Source of the DNA: Azolla caroliniana | Taxonomy: Eukaryota > Plantae > Polypodiophyta | DNA length: 64,000 nt | Assembly (NCBI GenBank): GCA_043228905.1 | Contig: JBHGNT010000014.1 | Location: forward strand, 16,802,001 to 16,866,000 | Direction: 5' to 3' | In this document: positions 25,201-38,814 of the stretch, piece by piece | Layout of the letters: every line of letters begins with the position of its first letter | How positions within the stretch are numbered: position 1 is the first letter of the stretch | Notes under the pieces: generated by a model | Told to the model about the DNA's origin: nothing | Database searches by the model: none | The model's input: only the letters and a program-made list of their open reading frames with translations | Position numbers and translations under genes: made by a program

Positions 25201-28200
25201 TTGCATCATCACAATATTCAACTAAAATCCCCTATTGTCAAAGTCCTAGTTCTGTCAAGGTAACTAAAAATTATCCATGTGGGACTCGTATATGGTAGTC
25301 TTTGGAAGGTCATGCATTCTTTTTGTAATGATTGCAATTAGTTTGAGGACTCATGTTCTTTGACAATTTTATCAATATTCAAGCCTTGACTCAAATGGTT
25401 CCCAACATACAACCATTTCACAAAATACCCACAAATCATTGAATAATATAAAAAGAAATGATTAACATCCAAGTTTGATAGTGTACATGTTTATTTTGGC
25501 AATCTAAACTCATCTTCTCAAAATTATTAATTTATTTCTATACATATGATTGTAGGACCAATTGATGCCCTCTACTCCTCCACACATTAAATATGATCAA
25601 TGGGATTCTTGTCCATGTTCTCTTGAATTCCGAAAGCTTAAACAACTTTATGAATTGTCTTTCTGGAAATAAGTCAATGGATTGCTTCAACTGCAACACG
25701 GGAATGATGTAAACCTTGAAGGAAGAACATGATAGGTTAACCATACAACACACAACCCTAACTAAGCTTGTTGTAATGGCAAACAACCCTAACTCAAATT
25801 ATATGACATGAGGAATTACTAAATGGGAAAGATCCTTCAAGGGGGATACTATCCACAAAACAATAAAACACATTTTTTTTTCAGAAAAAAAAAGATGTCT
25901 TTTATTGTTTTGTGGATGGTCTATATTAAATTTAACTTATGTGTAGACATGTATAGAATATGCTTTCATAGCATCAACCATTTCATATTAACATCCATCA
26001 CGAACCAATAACATGGTCAAGTTCGTGAAATGAAGTAGTGATAATCAACAATCATGATTTGACATTAAATACTTCATAATGATGATCTGGAAGCCTCAAA
26101 TGCCTTACATGATAAAAACGAGCATACAGTTGTGAGGTTTGATATTTTGCTACTATTTGATATTTTCCAACTCAAGGTATATGCCTTCCTAAAAAAGATG
26201 AGACCAATGCCTAGAAAGGGTATCTAATCTCCCTATGGTATGAGAACATGTACATACCTAGGACAAGGGAACTGGCTCCTAGGACAAGGAAATAAGAGAA
26301 GGGAAAATGACTAGGGTAAGGAATTCCAATCTAATCCACATTAAAATGTTGTGCAAGTTTTTTTAGCAAAAGAATACACTTTTGTTTCTTGGAGAGTATC
26401 AGGTTCATCTTAGATATATGTTGAAGTAAATTTAATTGATGCCTTTATTTGAGGCACCGCCACCTCAAAATTCTATTAGAATTTAGTCCTTTCCTAAATC
26501 CATAGAGAAAGATAATGTTAAATTAAAAAAAGAGAGGTCTACGACTCAATAATAGAAAGACAAAGCTTTGGTGACCTCTCTATATGTACGAATGTTTCAT
26601 GCAAGTTTCAAGAACTATAGAGCGCAAATATGAACAATGGCCCTTTAAAGCAAGTAAAAAACCATGTACAAATAAAGAGAGGAATAATTTAGAAGTTATC
26701 AAAAGATAATATTGATATTTGAAATGTACTTTAAAGTTTAATTATGAGATAACTAGGAGGACATATAAAATCTTGCATGGCAATTTTGACTATCCATTTT
26801 ATCTTGAATGTTTAGAAGGAAAGACTAGGAAAAGACAATTGTCATTACTAAATATCTCATTCATTTAATCATCCTTAATCCAAAGAGACATTTTGAGGTC
26901 AAAGATTTACTTTGCAAAATTCTTTGTTGGTGATATTATTATTTGATAAGGTCGGACATGATGAGCACGGTCAATATTTATGCTTTATTCTTATTGCATT
27001 TCTTCCACATTAGCATTTAATGTACCATAGGATCGAAGTGTATGTTCTTCGTCCAATGTAAGACTTTCTATCGAAATAGGTTCTTATTTGCTCTCAATTA
27101 TCTCACATGCTCTTTATCGATCCAAATATCTTGTGCATCAAAAACTTATAATCAATCTTTGGAGTATCTCTATGAGTATGAACAACTTTAGAGTTCTCTA
27201 TAGAAAGTTAATGGGGATTTTGATTTCTAGATTCACAATTGTAATTGTTCTAAAAACAACATTGTAGATGTAGAATGTTAGATACTTGGTTAGATCCTAA
27301 TATGGAATAGAGGTAAATGATCTTATCACATCTATTAAAGTCACATTCCATATTCGCTAAGTGTCACTTTATGTGGGGAATCAATGAATAAAGCAAGCCA
27401 ACTTCCCGTATCCAAAGTTAACTCTTACATAAAAATACAAAAGGACATATATAATTGATTCTTCAATGCTAGATGGTTAAGAGTGAAAGAACTGTTGTTC
27501 CGCTTGCGATGCCATCGTATTGGCTCTTTATCAATGGATTATTATTAGTAAAGACCTTTGCTTTGTTGTCCTAATCTTAAGGGATGCATATGGTTGTTCT
27601 TTAGTAAGTCCAAGAAATGCATTGGGTAGATCATCACGTGAAAATTCTACATGGTAGAATACTATTCAATGGATATTGGAAGGAGGCCAATTTGAGTGGT
27701 ATGACCGCACATAGATAATTAGCTTCAAAAGATTATAAATTGCATGCACATTAAGTGTATGTAAATCATGCTAATTGTAAACCCAATGTCTACAAGGTCA
27801 TAATCATAAGCCTTTATGGATTTGAAATAATAACAAATTTATTCTCAACACCAATAGGAAATAGGTTTCAAGATTGTTTGGTTCTCCAACGGAAAGACAT
27901 ACATTTGCACAATGCATGTCTATGCTTGGTGCCATTAATAGCTTTCCGGATCTTTAAAGCTTCAACCATTATCCACATACAAAAAATGTCAAACATATTA
28001 TAGCCAATGTCATAACTCATAGCTATTTACTTAAAGGCTCCTAATACCGCGCCTCTCTTTGGGAGTGTTTTGATAGAGAAACAAATTATAGTAATTGCAT
28101 CTAATAAAATAGTATGACACAACACTTTTGGGTGGATTTCTCAATGTATGTATAAGCAATGTCGATCTATTCCTCAACCTTCTAAGGTTGCATTCCAAAG

Positions 28201-28570
28201 TTATCAACATGACAAAATACCTCATGGATTGATGTTACATCGCATACTTTTGAGTGTGAGGATAGACGCACTCCATTTGTTTTGATGTTAAAAATTGACA
28301 ACCCTTAGGAATTCCATATTTAAACATTATTGAGAAAATTGTAAGAACATTAAAGTGAATTTGGAGATATGCATACCACTTAAGGTGACATTAAGACAAT
28401 GGATGGTAGTGAGTTCATTTACAAAACATAAATTTAGCTTCATTTCATGGATTTTATGCAGAACTAGGTCCACCTCCCAACCCCACCAAAAGTGCAAGTT
28501 GATATACTTCTTTGCTATATTTTAAGTTGTATATTAAATCCTTGTTTGGCCCATCCAATGACTACTCAAA

Positions 28571-29345
28571 TTGTTTTTTTGTTTTTTGTTTTTCAAAATG
28601 AAGCTACTTTCCCATTAGTTAGGAAGGATTATTACAAGGAGATTATACAAGGAGGCTTATACACAAAACGGGGAATCTCCCTCCAATCAAGATCAAGAAA
28701 ATGAGAGTACTTACATTGCCTTTCAAACTGACTACCTAAAGTAAGTAGATACCTATAGCTAAAAGCGGGGGCCTTTAGTGTCGGTCAGTATGAGCCGACT
28801 CCTATGGCCTACAACGAAGGGAGGGTGGCATGTGAGATGGAAATAACAAGCGTGGGGGCTGGTAGTTCCACCTCGGGCCACTTCCTCCTAGTGTCACCAT
28901 AGACGTGTTTTGCCATTTCTGCCAAAAGCGCAAACGGGCAATGACCACATCATTGGAGTGGTTGCAAACCTTGTCTGATTGCCCTCGTAGGCAGTTGATA
29001 AGCGCGGACCATATATCCATGATCACTTCCTTTGGGGGCTGTACCAGATCTTGGAAAACCTTTAGGCATCGTGCTTTCCAGACATACCACAAGGTGAAGC
29101 ATGCGATCAACCTCCAAATTTCCAGGAACCTAGGGGATGTGGACAACAAGTCTCTCTCAAAACGGATCTTGACGAGTTTGCCTCTCGAGCATACATAGCA
29201 CCAACTATCCGCATTGAAGGCGTCCATCCGTCCACCTATCAACCGAGTGATCAATCCATGCCGCAGCACTCCGCGATGCTGTTCCTTCCACTTCACATGC
29301 CGCAAGGAGGCGAGTGACTCTGTCCCATACCTTTTGAGCTTGAGG
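28571..29345 (-). mobile_element. 5'-truncated LINE 3' end (ORF2 C-terminus, 3' UTR, A-rich tail)
   Basis: ORF 28802-29305 has TLWYVWKARCLKVFQ and ends RWNYQPPRLLFP, similar to the LINE at 3.2 kb. T-rich tail at 28571-28593 on +. The 5' boundary is approximate. Confidence 0.85.
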
Positions 29346-32300
29346 GCAATCCCAAAGATTGTTTTTGTTTAGACTTGCTTTTTTGTTGGAATCTTATCTT
29401 AAAACTTAATGCTTTTTCTTTTTGTAAAAGCCGTAAATAATACCCATCTTAAGGCTACCTAATGTTTTGTGGTACTAAGTTGAACTAACAATAAAACACA
29501 AAATCAAAAGTTTTCTCGTAAGAAAGCACCCATGATCTTACCTGTTAAAGAAGGAAATTTACCTTATTGAGACACGGTTAGAGGAAAGGATACTCAATGT
29601 GGCTTAATCAATTTGACTTTTTGTCACATGGCTTGATAAGCTCAATTATACCAGAAGACAAGTAAAAGTCAAAATCTTTGGAATATAGACAAAGACGAAC
29701 AAAGAATTGAGGAATCTCCAAGATTGTTGCACGTGCCCACGATACTCCCCCCATTAGCTTTGAACCATAAAAGAAATGAACCATAAGAGAATGATGAAAT
29801 ATATTTGATTAGCTCATGATAATTAGTGTGTTTGATCATTCAAGAGTGAGGGGTTGTGTTCAAATGTACTTCAATGGAGTGAATTTATTGTGTAGAAATC
29901 ATTTCAAAAGTGTAAGGGTTTGGACTTCATTGTAGTTTGTAAGTTAGTATGAGTGTCAACTTCTCAAGAGTGTACACTTTAATGAGAATTCTTGACAGAA
30001 GTTCCACATTTATCCACAACTTTTCCCGTTACATCTTCGAGAGTGTCATTGTTTAATGATAATGTTGGGGAGATTTAGAATTGCTCTTTTTATTCTTTAT
30101 TTAATTGTCTTTGTGGATGAGCATCCTTGTTGAGTGAGATACCTCTTTTGATGTAAGTGAACTTTTCTTGTTGTGTTGATGTTTTTTAATCAAGAGTCTA
30201 TCTTTGATTGCAAAGTTATTAGCAATTTTTTATATGATAAATCCTAAGATGGTGTTAGGATATCCCAATCCCAGTTAGGGTCTCGAAATGCACGAAGGTT
30301 GTCCATGTGTTCTCCAAATAGTCCCAAATGAAACATCCTAATCATGTTCCCTAGAAATAGTTGCTTATAGAAAATGAAAACTTTAGGAGGGAGATAAATA
30401 GAGGCTCTAAAATATTCACATGACAACCATACAACTAGGACACACTTGGCTAGACAATCACAATGAATCAGAGACATCTTCACTTCAATGAAAGAATATA
30501 TAAGAAATTATTTAATGTTGTAGGCAGGGTGAATATGTTCTATACGATTTTATAGCTTTTATTCCTTGATATCACCAAGTTCCATAGTTGCAAACATAAT
30601 TATAGACTATAAGAATTAAATAGGTAGGCCATAAAGATTTTTCTTCTATACATGTTATACATGTGTCATAGAGACTCCACAAGCATGGGTAAGGCTCATG
30701 AACGTGATGTATTGGGGTTTAATCCTAAAATACTTACAATGGTGGTCTTGTTTTTCGTTTTCAGGAAAGGTTTAATAGACATGTCTAACATGTTGGTGTT
30801 ATCCATGTAGCGAAATGTGCATAGTGTCACCTTTCTTGCATCAACATAGCAATTTCCATGCCAAGATCACATATAATAAGATTACCAAGTTGGTGAGGGA
30901 AAGTCTAAGTTCACAACAACAATCAATGAATAAGAGTCTTAAGCACTTTATGGGCATGATAAGAGTGTATTGACGTCTTACATGACCAATTGAGCCTTCA
31001 ATCTTAACATGAGGTGTACACAAAGATCCTAACATATTGAATTGTTGTAACCCTTGATCTCTTCTTCCCCAAGGGTGTAGGCTTAACTAGAAAATTTGGA
31101 GAGGGGATGTATCCTCCTTGTTGTGGATTGGAACATGTACATACATGTGGGGACAAGGGAATTATCTTCTAGGGTAAAGGAATTGTTTGATAGTGGCATT
31201 GTGGATTTCAATGCATGAATATGCCACCCCTTTGAGCAATAGAAAATTTTGATGATGTTATTATATTTTCAGCCTTAAGTGTAAAAGTTATAACTATTGT
31301 GTATATACAATATAATATAAACCTGAATTGTGCCAATATTGGAACTTGAAGGTAGAATAATTGAACTCAAATTATTGGTCCTTAAAATCTATTGTCTTAG
31401 GTAGGATTTTTATGACATATCAATTCATGCCTAATAAATTACTTTCAAAAGAGAACATATACATGCTGATTATATGCATTCAAGGTTATGATATAATCAC
31501 TATATAAAATCATGATAAAGTAGGTAGAATTGAATCTTCTCATTTCAAGCATCTTAATGGTCATCTTAATTTATAAGAAGAATAAATTGATAGCCCTTTG
31601 TTGTGGATGCAATTCCATTGAAGACTAACTTTCTGGTGTCTTCAAATGGAAAGCATTTGTGAATATCCATACATTGTTGGATGAACTTCTCGACAAACTT
31701 TAAAAAGAAACAAAAAACTCTTTTGATCGCTAAACATGCCAATTTACTTATAAAAACTATGTTTGTGGAATATAAGCAAAGTTATACATTAGTATTATTA
31801 TCCTTATACTACATATCCAAGAGGTAATGGACATGTAGGGACATCACACCACTTGCTATTGTAAAATTCTGCATAATTTGTTCTATAATGTTAATGTTAA
31901 AAGCTTGAATAGGCATTCAATGCATCATTAATAGTTGGAGGATGGTTGCAATGTGTTTGTGCAAATACTCAACCTTCTTATTGTAGCTAAATACATCTTA
32001 TGCATGACATGCAAACTTATAAGTATTGAGATTATTACTAAATCACATGCTTTTATTGTTATTTTGATATCCTAAATCATCGATAATTTTCACAACATAG
32101 AGAATACTCATAAGTACAAAAGAGCACTTTTGGTTCTCGACACTAACCAAGAACTATAAGTTTGTTCTAACACTAATGGCAACATGCAGCAACAAATCAA
32201 TAGACAAAAAGCAATCATGAATAGAATAAAGGGGGACACCTTTGAAGGAAAAGAAAAACCTTTTTTAATTCCGACAACATTTTTCACCAATCATGATGAG

Positions 32301-33566
32301 TTTCATCTCTCGACTCGAAGGAGGTGATGAGGCAAACTATTTCAAATTCTCTTTAGAAAAGTTGCCTTGATAAAATCCAATCCATGAACATGCTTATGAT
32401 ATTGGCTATGCATATACTTTTCCTCACGCTTTCTCATTTACAAAATGTATATATCTCTAGTTTGTGATATTGATATTATCAATGGAAATGCCTACTACAT
32501 GTGCTACATTGTAAGATAAAATTTTTAATCATAGAATACTTCAACGGTTTTAAAAGGCTACATAATTCAATTAAATATTTGTGGTGAAAACATGTAAAGT
32601 TGTAAACTACCCCCGTTAAACAATAGAAGATTCTTGTAGGAGCAAAGTAAGGAATGTTACTTACGCCTACATAGTTATGTGTAAAGAATGACCTTGCATA
32701 TGGAAAATGGAGACCTTTTTATTATTATAATCAAAACATATAACCTAAATCAAATGTGGTAAATTCCATGGTGCAGTTAAAATACGAGTATCAAGTTTTA
32801 ATGGCGTCGTAATATTTGTTGCTTATTCATATGCACCAAGGCAACCGGCGACTCCTCTTTGTTCGAGATTGTTGTAGGCCATGCAAGAAATGTTGTGAAA
32901 AGTGCCTTTGAGTTATAAATACATTTGTTCTCATGGGGAATGTCACGCTTTCCTTGCAATGAATAATAGAGTAAGTTTGACAATAAGAGCTAAATTTTTT
33001 GATGCTAACTACTTTGAAAGACATGCACATGTTCCTTATCGTAAGAATATTCTCTTTGAAAGCATGTGCACTTAGGAATATTTGGAATGAAATGGACTAA
33101 GATAGAGTAGTTTAGGTGAGAATGAGGATTGAAAATTGTGGCAGAATGAGGCTGTAGGTGGAACCTAAAGGAATTAGATTGCTTGTTGGTGGTGTGAAGT
33201 AACATGTTGACATATCGATATTTGGAGACTCTACAAACAATGAAAACAACACAAATAGATTATGCAATCATCAATTTAATTTTTTAAAAAGAAAATTCAT
33301 AATTACCCTATGCTCATTAGATTTCTCAGTATCCCCTTAAGAAGAGGTTTTATAGTCTAGGAATCATGGATCTTCCCTTTTCTATTATTTGGGAGGGGAG
33401 ATCTAATATCCAAGGTCAATCTTAGGAGAAGCTTGAATATTCTTGGCGAAGAGACTTCAAGTTTAGGACTTTTCATGGCCAATGGGAGAAAAGTGCATAC
33501 CATCGAAAACCTTGTAACCCAACTCTACGATTAATACATATGACCCAATATAGAATGGAACTCGTA

Positions 33567-33571
<5 letters not shown>

Positions 33572-33610
<39 letters not shown>
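33572..33610. repeat. (GA)n microsatellite
   Basis: Directly visible. Confidence 0.97.
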
Positions 33611-33611
<1 letters not shown>

Positions 33612-34831
33612 CAAACTCATGGGGTTCATTAGGTCTTTAGTTCAAGAGATTGTTCTTGCATGTTTCCAGATAAGGGAATGATTTTGGAATATTACAACGT
33701 TGAAGATTTGAGTGTGTCGACATAGTGTTGTATATTATTAGTAGGTGTACCGGTGACACATTCAGAACATACTTGAGATAGGGGAGGAAGCACATGGTGT
33801 ATACATGGTCTAAGATTGAGATGGACAAAGAGGAGACATATAGTAACGACACAAGAAGGAGATCCCAAACTTTATGGTTTAGAAGGCCAGGGACAAAGAA
33901 AAGACACAAGACAATGGGAGGAAGGGTCATCACATACATGCATAATTGGAGAGAGAGAGAGGGTTATGCAATGATGGTAATCACTAAGGAGGGTCGGGTA
34001 TGTATTTTTTGTGTGTATGTGTTCACACGGTTGATGAGATAGAGGCAAAGAGAAGGACAAACCCATGAGGAGGAGACAATACATTGATACATACTATCAT
34101 CGTCATGTTCATCATCATGATTCATAATCATTGTCATTATCATCATCATCATCGTTGGTCGTGATCCAATGATAGATAGACAAACATGGGGTAGTGTTAG
34201 AGGTGGTGTATTATGTACCATGGTTCATGAAGAAGTAAGGCCACCATAAAAAGTTAAGGAGACAAAAAGAGAGAGAGTGTGTGTGTGTTTTTGAAAGGTT
34301 TGTAGGAAAGGCATCCTTAGTACTAAAAGTCAAAAGGCTGCAAAAATTAGATAAATAAATAAATAATAAATAAATGAATAAAACTTTTTTTAAAATTTTT
34401 GTTAATTAAGAAAAGCAGAAAAGGTGATGGAAAAAGTAAAGAAAAAAAGAAAAGAAGAAGAAGGAACAAAACAAAAAGAGAGAGGAATGAATGGCTTCAC
34501 ATGAATGATAGGCGGCCGCCCACAAAACGCTTTCACACTAAGAAAGCCTTTTTGTCCGGACAAAACAAAAAGGGCGATGGCCTCGCGTCATGCTGGCGTC
34601 ACCTCTAACGTCCTCAGTTATTTTATTCTCTTTTATTTTATTTATTTAAAAGTTTTTTTTCGTCTAGCTTGCTTTTGTTTTTTTTTTCTCTTTTCTCTAT
34701 TTTTTAAAAATTTATTGTACAATTTATCCTTTTGATTTTATTGTGATAAAATAAAGCCCCCAAACAAAAATAAAAGACAAAAATGTAGATACGGCGGCCA
34801 TAGATAGAGCTCTTATCTCAATGGGGTGGTA

Positions 34832-35100
34832 GACTATATATAGTATAGGTATTATAGCATAGTATATTTTTAGTATTGTATACTTTAGTATTAGCATTAG
34901 TAATAATATTATTAATACTCTATTCTATAGACTATAGTAGTGTATTACGTATACTATATAGTATATTTATATTATACTACCAAGTATATAGTATATACTA
35001 TATGCTTTAGTCTACTAAGTATGCTATGTGATATAATGTACTAAGTATGCTATACCATATAGTATACTATATGGTGGTATATAGTATAGTATAGTATACT
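34832..35100. repeat. Low-complexity TATAG/TAGTA-rich tract
   Basis: Degenerate pentamer repeats in both orientations. Confidence 0.75.
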
Positions 35101-35884
35101 CCTTGCATAATATAATTTACAATGAGAAGAGTGAGTGCCATTTTGAGACCGGCCCCACCATTTGCACCTCGTGTTTTGAGTGTATCCCGCCTCAGTCTGC
35201 ATCCCGAACTTGTGCACCCTGTATCATGATGCCCCATGCATACATACAATAGGTTGTTTTGCTCTTGGATTTGGAATGCTTCACAAAAAAACAATGGCAT
35301 AGCTTGAGTTTGTGCACTCCTCAAATCGAGTGTCTGGACTCTCGCTTCTTAAGTCTTTCATGATGATACGCTAGGTGAGATTGTGAACGATGAACACTAA
35401 TTTCTAAGAACTATTTCATTTGAGATGGAACACATTCTCAAATTTACCCAATGTAATGTACCTACACACTAATGTTGCGAAGGTTTAATTAGTAATTTTC
35501 GGCATTTTTATGTTTTTGCACCCCTACCTACCTTCTAAACAAGGCATGTGTTTATCTAAGTTGAATACATAAATGTCATTCATATGATATAGAACTCATT
35601 TTCCACCTTTTTACAAACCTAAAATTAACTCCAAGCATAAAAAATTCATGTTGTCCACTATATCTTGTCCATCTTGAGCAATAATTATTCCTTGATGCAA
35701 CATTAAGTAAGAACCACCTCCACTTACGATACACATCTTCTTCAAGGAACAATTGAATAATATTATAACATGCTAACAAAGAGTTGGTTTCAAGAGCTTC
35801 TTGGGTGTAGCCTCTAGAAAGTCACCGCATTTCTATTTCGGACTCTTTATTCCGAATCCTCAAGCAAGACTAATATGTTTGGCC

Positions 35885-36108
35885 CTAAGAGTCGGCTCAT
35901 ACGGACCGACACTAAAGGGCACCACTTTTAGCTATAGGTATCTACTTACTTTAGGTAGTCAGTTTGAAAAGCTATGTAAGTAGTCTCATTTTCTTGAACT
36001 TGAACGGAGGGAGATTCCCCATTTTATGTATAAGCCTCCTTGTATAGTCTCTTTGTAATAATCCTTCCTAACTAATGGGAAAGTAGCTTCATTTTGAAAA
36101 AGAAGAAG
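35885..36108 (+). mobile_element. 224-bp retroposed LINE 3'-UTR copy with (AAG)n tail and 17-19 bp TSD
   Basis: Reverse complement of about 28594-28803. AAGACTAATATGTTTGGCC is duplicated at 35866-35884 and 36109-36127. Confidence 0.92.
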
Positions 36109-36410
36109 AAGACTAATATGTTTGGCCATATATCATCTTGATTAACTAAATTAATTGCTTAAATATTTAATGATTCAAGAAAATATTGTATTTGTCGTTG
36201 CTCACTTAGGGAGTACATGAGCTTTACATATATGTTGTGCCATTCCTTCATTGTAGTTATGCGCAACACTTCGTAGCATAATCTTTGCTAATTTTATTTC
36301 TCTCTACATTTGTTGGTCTAATTCGAGCTCCTATTGATAGTATTTTAACATAGTATTTAAGTTATGGAAGTTCTATATGTGTATCAAGCTAAGAATTGAA
36401 AGAGAGATTT

Positions 36411-36854
36411 TGTCATGGACGAGTTAGAGTAGAATCAAGATGAGACTAAATACTAAGAGAGAGAAGAGAGAAGAGAGAAGAGAGAAGAGAGAAGAGAACA
36501 AGAACTCAACTAATGCTTCCATAACTGGTGTTGTTCACCTTGAATAGAGGTATGCATCAAGGTGCACTCAAGTATTTATACAAGAAGATGGGGATATTCA
36601 TGCAAGCTAGGAATATTCTAGAGAATGCACGAGGATGCATTCAAGCTAGGAAACGTCTAGAGAATGCATGAGGAGGCATTCTAGAAGTTTCTAGAAAGTT
36701 CTACTGTTCAACCTAAAAGTTGAATTTTACATAAATATGCCTAGATAGATGTAGCTCAGTTGGTAAGGTTGCCCAATAGAGACTTGGAGATCATGGGTTC
36801 AACCTCTACAATCCACAATGGCATACAATTAGCCTTATATACATGTCTTTGACA
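36411..36854 (-). repeat. 3' LTR (444 bp) of the Tcn1-like element
   Basis: TG..CA termini with a 5-bp inverted repeat. Homologous to 41870-42126. Confidence 0.92.
36679..36696. promoter_or_regulatory. Perfect 4-unit heat-shock element in LTR U3
   Basis: TTC-TA-GAA-GT-TTC-TA-GAA. A further GAA-TA-TTC lies near 36611. Confidence 0.6.
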
Positions 36855-37676
36855 TTATCCTCCCTCTAAGGCCATCTCCCAAGACCCGCAACCGGCTTAT
36901 GTGGGTATAGTTGATTAAAAGCTTGAATGGCCTTTGGAGCATTTTGTGAATGTGTAACCGGTTCCCAAGTGGCATCCGAGAGGGGGTAACCTTTCCATAA
37001 AACCAAATATTGAAGTTGTTGACAACGCAAGCAAGAGTCGAGGATTTGGTCAACCTCATACTCCACCCGTGTCGACAACTCCACGAGTGGCTTGGGAGGA
37101 GGTTGTCATCCCAGAATTCGAGAAGGATGGTAGAGTTTGAGGAGGGAATGTGGAAAACATTGTGATTCCTGAATTTTGAAGGAAGCGCTAACCGGAAGGC
37201 AACTTGGTTGATTCACTCAATGATACAGAGGGGTTTAGCTTTTTGTAGTCTAGTTTCGCGTAGGGATATGATGTGGCGATGTAGCAACCAAACCATGCCG
37301 TCGACTGTAAAGGTCGGTGCAGCCAAGAGATGACACTCAACTTGATCCTTATACTGGTTGCCAATGATACAGAGCTCAAGGGAGAGGTCACGATGGACAT
37401 CTTGTAAAGTGCGAGACCACGTCTTTGCCGACAAATTGACAGAAATTGTAGGAATGGAAATGCTGAAACGAGGGTGGAACCAATAGTTTGCAAAGAATGG
37501 GAAAACCTTAGTTGAAGGATGGATACTATTATTGTAGGAAAATTTCACCATTGCAAAGAAGTGCACCCGATACTCTTGTTGATAGCTAACGATACATCAC
37601 AGGTATTGTTCGAGGATTTGGTTGACTCTTTCGGTTTGTCCATCAGTTTGAGGATGGTATGCTGACAACTAGTTCA

Positions 37677-37924
37677 CAGAAGTCCCAAATGTCTGCAGAA
37701 GTCGTCACCAGAAGTGGGAGATGAATTGAAAACCCCCAATTAGAGGTGATATCCTCAGGTAAGCCGTGTAGTCGAATGACATTTTTAAGAAAAAGTTATG
37801 CAGAAGTTCCAAATGTCTGTAGAAGTCGTCGCCAGAAGTGGGAGATGAATTGAGAACCCCTAGTCAAAGGTGATATCCTTGGGTAAGCCGTGTAGTCGAA
37901 TGTCATTTTTAAGAAAACGTTATG
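37677..37924. repeat. 124-bp tandem duplication inside the integrase region
   Basis: CAGAAGTYCCAAATGTCTG...TTTTAAGAAAA.GTTATG x2. Confidence 0.9.
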
Positions 37925-38814
37925 CCGTTTCCTCCCCCAAAATGGTTTTGGAACATGGGACAAAGTGAGCCACCTTCAAAAACTGATCGACAGTCACTAG
38001 CACCGTGTCATGGCCACCGACACGAGGGAGGTCGGTTATAAAGTCCATGGAGATGGAGGCCCATGGTCGACTTGGAATTGGGAGCAGGTAGAGAAGGCCA
38101 TATGGCCAATGGTAAGCCGCTTTGGAGCGAGCACAAACATCACATGTATTGATAAATTCTTTGACAAATTTCCAAGGTTGGGGCCACCAAAACCCTAGAG
38201 ATAGCAACTCCAGTGTTTTCGTGACCCCAAAGTGGCTGGCAAGAGGGTCATCATGACAATTTTGTAGTACTTGAGTGCGATATGATCATTGTGGAACATA
38301 AAGGAGGTGATTACAGTATAGTAGCCCATCCCAAGTTGTAAATTGGCTAAGATCCGAGCTTTTCATTTCGTTGGATGGGTTGTTGATGCGCGCCACAATT
38401 TCATTAGCGAATGGGTTTGACATGGTTGCCTTGGGGATCTCGTTGAGGAAAGAATCATCATGCAACATGGATGTTGCGAACTGCTAGAGTTGATTGGGCC
38501 ACAACAAGCAATATGATTGCTGAGAATGTGTTGTCCCTTGGGCACAATGCAAAATCTAGTCACCGAGAGAGGGAATCAGTCTTCCCATGTTGAATGCTGG
38601 GTCAAAACAAGATCTCAAATTCGTAGTCAGTGAGAAAAGATGACCATCGGGCCTACCTCCAATTCAACATACCATTGGTGGTGAAGGAGATTAGATTCTT
38701 GTGGTTGGTGAACAACTGGATACGATGTTGGGCCCCAACCAAATAGGGTCTCCATTTAGCGAAGGTAGACATGATAACTGCAATCTCCATGTCGTAGAAC
38801 AGATTATTTATTTC

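Noticed and set aside
20200-33500. Short ORFs and possible ancient Gypsy or DNA-transposon remnants, other than the LINE at 28.6-29.3 kb
   Set aside because: No motif could be read with confidence, and the ORFs are consistent with chance in AT-rich DNA.
34586-34601. as-1/ocs element
   Set aside because: The TGACG motifs are 11 bp apart, not the canonical 12.
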